This document shows positions 61,511 through 64,000 of a stretch of DNA of 64,000 nucleotides, in pieces. The stretch is from Antedon mediterranea (Eukaryota; Animalia; Echinodermata): NCBI RefSeq assembly GCF_964355755.1, contig NC_092678.1, positions 5,782,422 through 5,846,421 of the forward strand, in the 5' to 3' direction. The translations under genes and the position numbers were made by a program. Each line of letters begins with the position of its first letter. The first letter of the stretch is position 1. The notes below the pieces were generated by a model. That model did no database searches. It saw only the letters and a list, made by a program, of their open reading frames with translations, and was not told where the DNA came from.

Positions 61511-64000
61511 TAAACGAAAAAAAGAGCGATGACATTATATATGGACCGAAAATAAGATGGCTTACCAGTGTGTATTCTCTATAGAGCTGCGTAATTGAAT
61601 ATCAAGAAAGAGAAAACATGCCGAGTATTGTATAACACACATCACATGAAGAATATATAACAAAAAACGTAAGATTGTAAGAAAATACAAGCGACATATG
61701 ACGTTCTTGCACATATAATTTCCCCAGTGCAAATAGGAATGGGTATTGATTAATTTTGGGGCACTTACTCACATAATGCAAAAGTATAATACATAAGCCA
61801 AGTATAAATACGCTCAACCGTGATAAGATTCAATATTTCAGTATAATATTATTTTGTATGAGGACTTAATTATTTCGGAAGACCTAGATTTGAATTTATC
61901 ATCAGAATGATGTTACGCGATCCTCGTAAACACAATATAACATCCATGTTTGATACGTATGGGAGCTTGCTGTACGCTATAATTTGACCTGAAGTTTATT
62001 GCGGTTTTGTCTATATAGTATATTAACGTGATAATTCATTTCATTATTTCAACCATGATAAAATGAAAATTGCTGGTAATAATAGAACATATTGAAATGT
62101 TGAATTCTTTCACAATAAGACATATTTAATTGCGTATGTAAAATACTTTTGTTTTTAAATTTATAAGTTACACGGGTAATTGTTTGGAGAAATTGGCAGA
62201 TTAAGGAACATTGCATTAAAATCATTTGTATAAATATAAATTTGTTTGTGGAGGAAAACAATTATTTGTTTAATTTACAGACAGATTTTTTTTATATTTT
62301 ATTTTAGAAGTTGATTACCTTCTTCTACAGAACTAAGGTAATTAAATAGGGAATTCCTATAGCTAGTACAGTTAAGTACATATAATTTGTGCAACATGTG
62401 ATCAGACCAGTTAATTTGGTTTAAGGAATTAAAGAAAGTTTCACTAATAACTATTAATCATTAATTCTATAATAAACAACAACATTGTGCTAATAACTAC
62501 ATTAAACAGTGTCACCAAATATCTATTAGTTTATAGCACGTTTATATTCCTATTTTCATTAGATAGCAATTTTTAAAACATACCGTTTATTTACATTTAT
62601 CAAATTAGACATTTAACATAAAATATCTGGTTTCTTATACATCAAAAATATTTTTTTTTAATCATGATATGATTTAAAAAAAAAATTATATTATAAATAT
62701 TTTTGAACATAGAAATATGAATCGACCAAAGATTTCATTTTGTCGTAACTGGAGAATTCTGTTTAATTAAAAATATGTGTAAAATTATTAAATTGCAAAA
62801 GGCCCGATCACATGTTATGTAATAATCGTAAAATATAACACTTATAAATTTCCCATAATATTGTTTTAGTCGCAAGTATTTGCTATATATGTTTTAATAA
62901 AAATATGTACCACACATACAAATATGTGTAGATTATGCTCAAACGAAACAGAAAAATAACGAAAATAAACCATGCGTTAGAATTAAATTTTTAATATTTT
63001 CGAGAGGAAAAAGCATAGCACAGTCACATGGTATAAAATTGTTTGTAAATTTAGAAAAAAAAGAACATAAAATACCATGGCAACAGAATCATTGCAACAG
63101 GAAGTGGACAGACATGTTTGGATTTTTTTTTAAATTTTAATTAATTATTCTCTTCTTTTTTTTTCTTCTTAATTTACACTTAAGTCATCTATTGATATAT
63201 ATACAGGTATAAATAAAAAAAATGTTTACATATGTTGTATGAATTATTATTATATTATAATATTTTTAAGTTTCTGTGATAATAGTGGAAAGCATACTTA
63301 GAAGATTATAAGTAAAACAATTGAAAACTAACTAAAACTTTGGTCTATGTTTCAGATGCTGGCACATTTTACCACTGGAGTAGGTTCAAATCTGACATGA
63401 TCCGCTTTCAATTTTATTTATTCTAGCATCATTGAGTGATTTGGAATTAATTTAAATTTATGTACATTTATTTAAAATTGTTATAATGAAACTTCTTTCA
63501 CAAAAAAATGTAAATTGCTTTTATATCTTGAATAACCTATACAATTTTGTTTTAAATAAAATGGTTTTAAATTCAAATTGTTATTGTTCCCGAGATGTAT
63601 GACTCTGTCAATTGACACTGGCACTGATGGATTGCATCAATAAAATTCTTTTTTTTTTCTAATAATTTAATGATCGAATATTAGAATGCTGTAATTTGTG
63701 TCAATCTTACTATCGATACATAAAGATTCCATCTGGAACTCTAGCAATTATTTAGTTAATCAAAGATTTCTTTCTTTATATGTCCACAGTACATGTAGAT
63801 ATAAACTTGAACATTTTAGTTAGTACAGTCAACTTACCCTTGTGCAGCCTTAATATTTTTGATTTTCTGAAAAGTCTGGTGTTTAAAATGTGTTTTTAAT
63901 GGAAAAATCGAATTTGGGCTTTTTTGGTTGAAAGTCTGGTTTTGAGATATTTCCAGTTTCCAGAGAGTCCGGAATTCAATACCAAACTCTCTGAAAACCA

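Overview
AT-rich eukaryotic (animal, invertebrate-like) genomic DNA with GT-AG introns; nothing prokaryotic. (1) 1-17,126 is a giant imperfect palindrome. Its left arm runs off the window start. Each arm holds an ordered series of related 16-22 bp minisatellites around a 1.3 kb core made of a 27-bp palindromic site. The arms differ by a 1.2 kb Helentron/HINE-like insertion, indels and array copy numbers. (2) 17-29 kb is repeat-rich: degenerate AT satellite, RTE-LINE relics, a 71-bp tandem array, a tRNA-Asp(ATC)-like cloverleaf and small HINE/MITE elements. (3) 29,183-30,703 (-) is an intronless Ig-superfamily type I membrane protein. (4) 35,241-53,081 (-) is the 3' part of a plexin-A-like gene. 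I traced 22 phase-consistent exons by hand, plus two tandem homologous alternative last exons, one ending in a PDZ-binding motif. The 5' exons (Sema domain) are not recognisable in the window. Most short ORFs in the track are read-through of repeats. All calls are by eye, with no database searches; repeat boundaries and copy counts are approximate.
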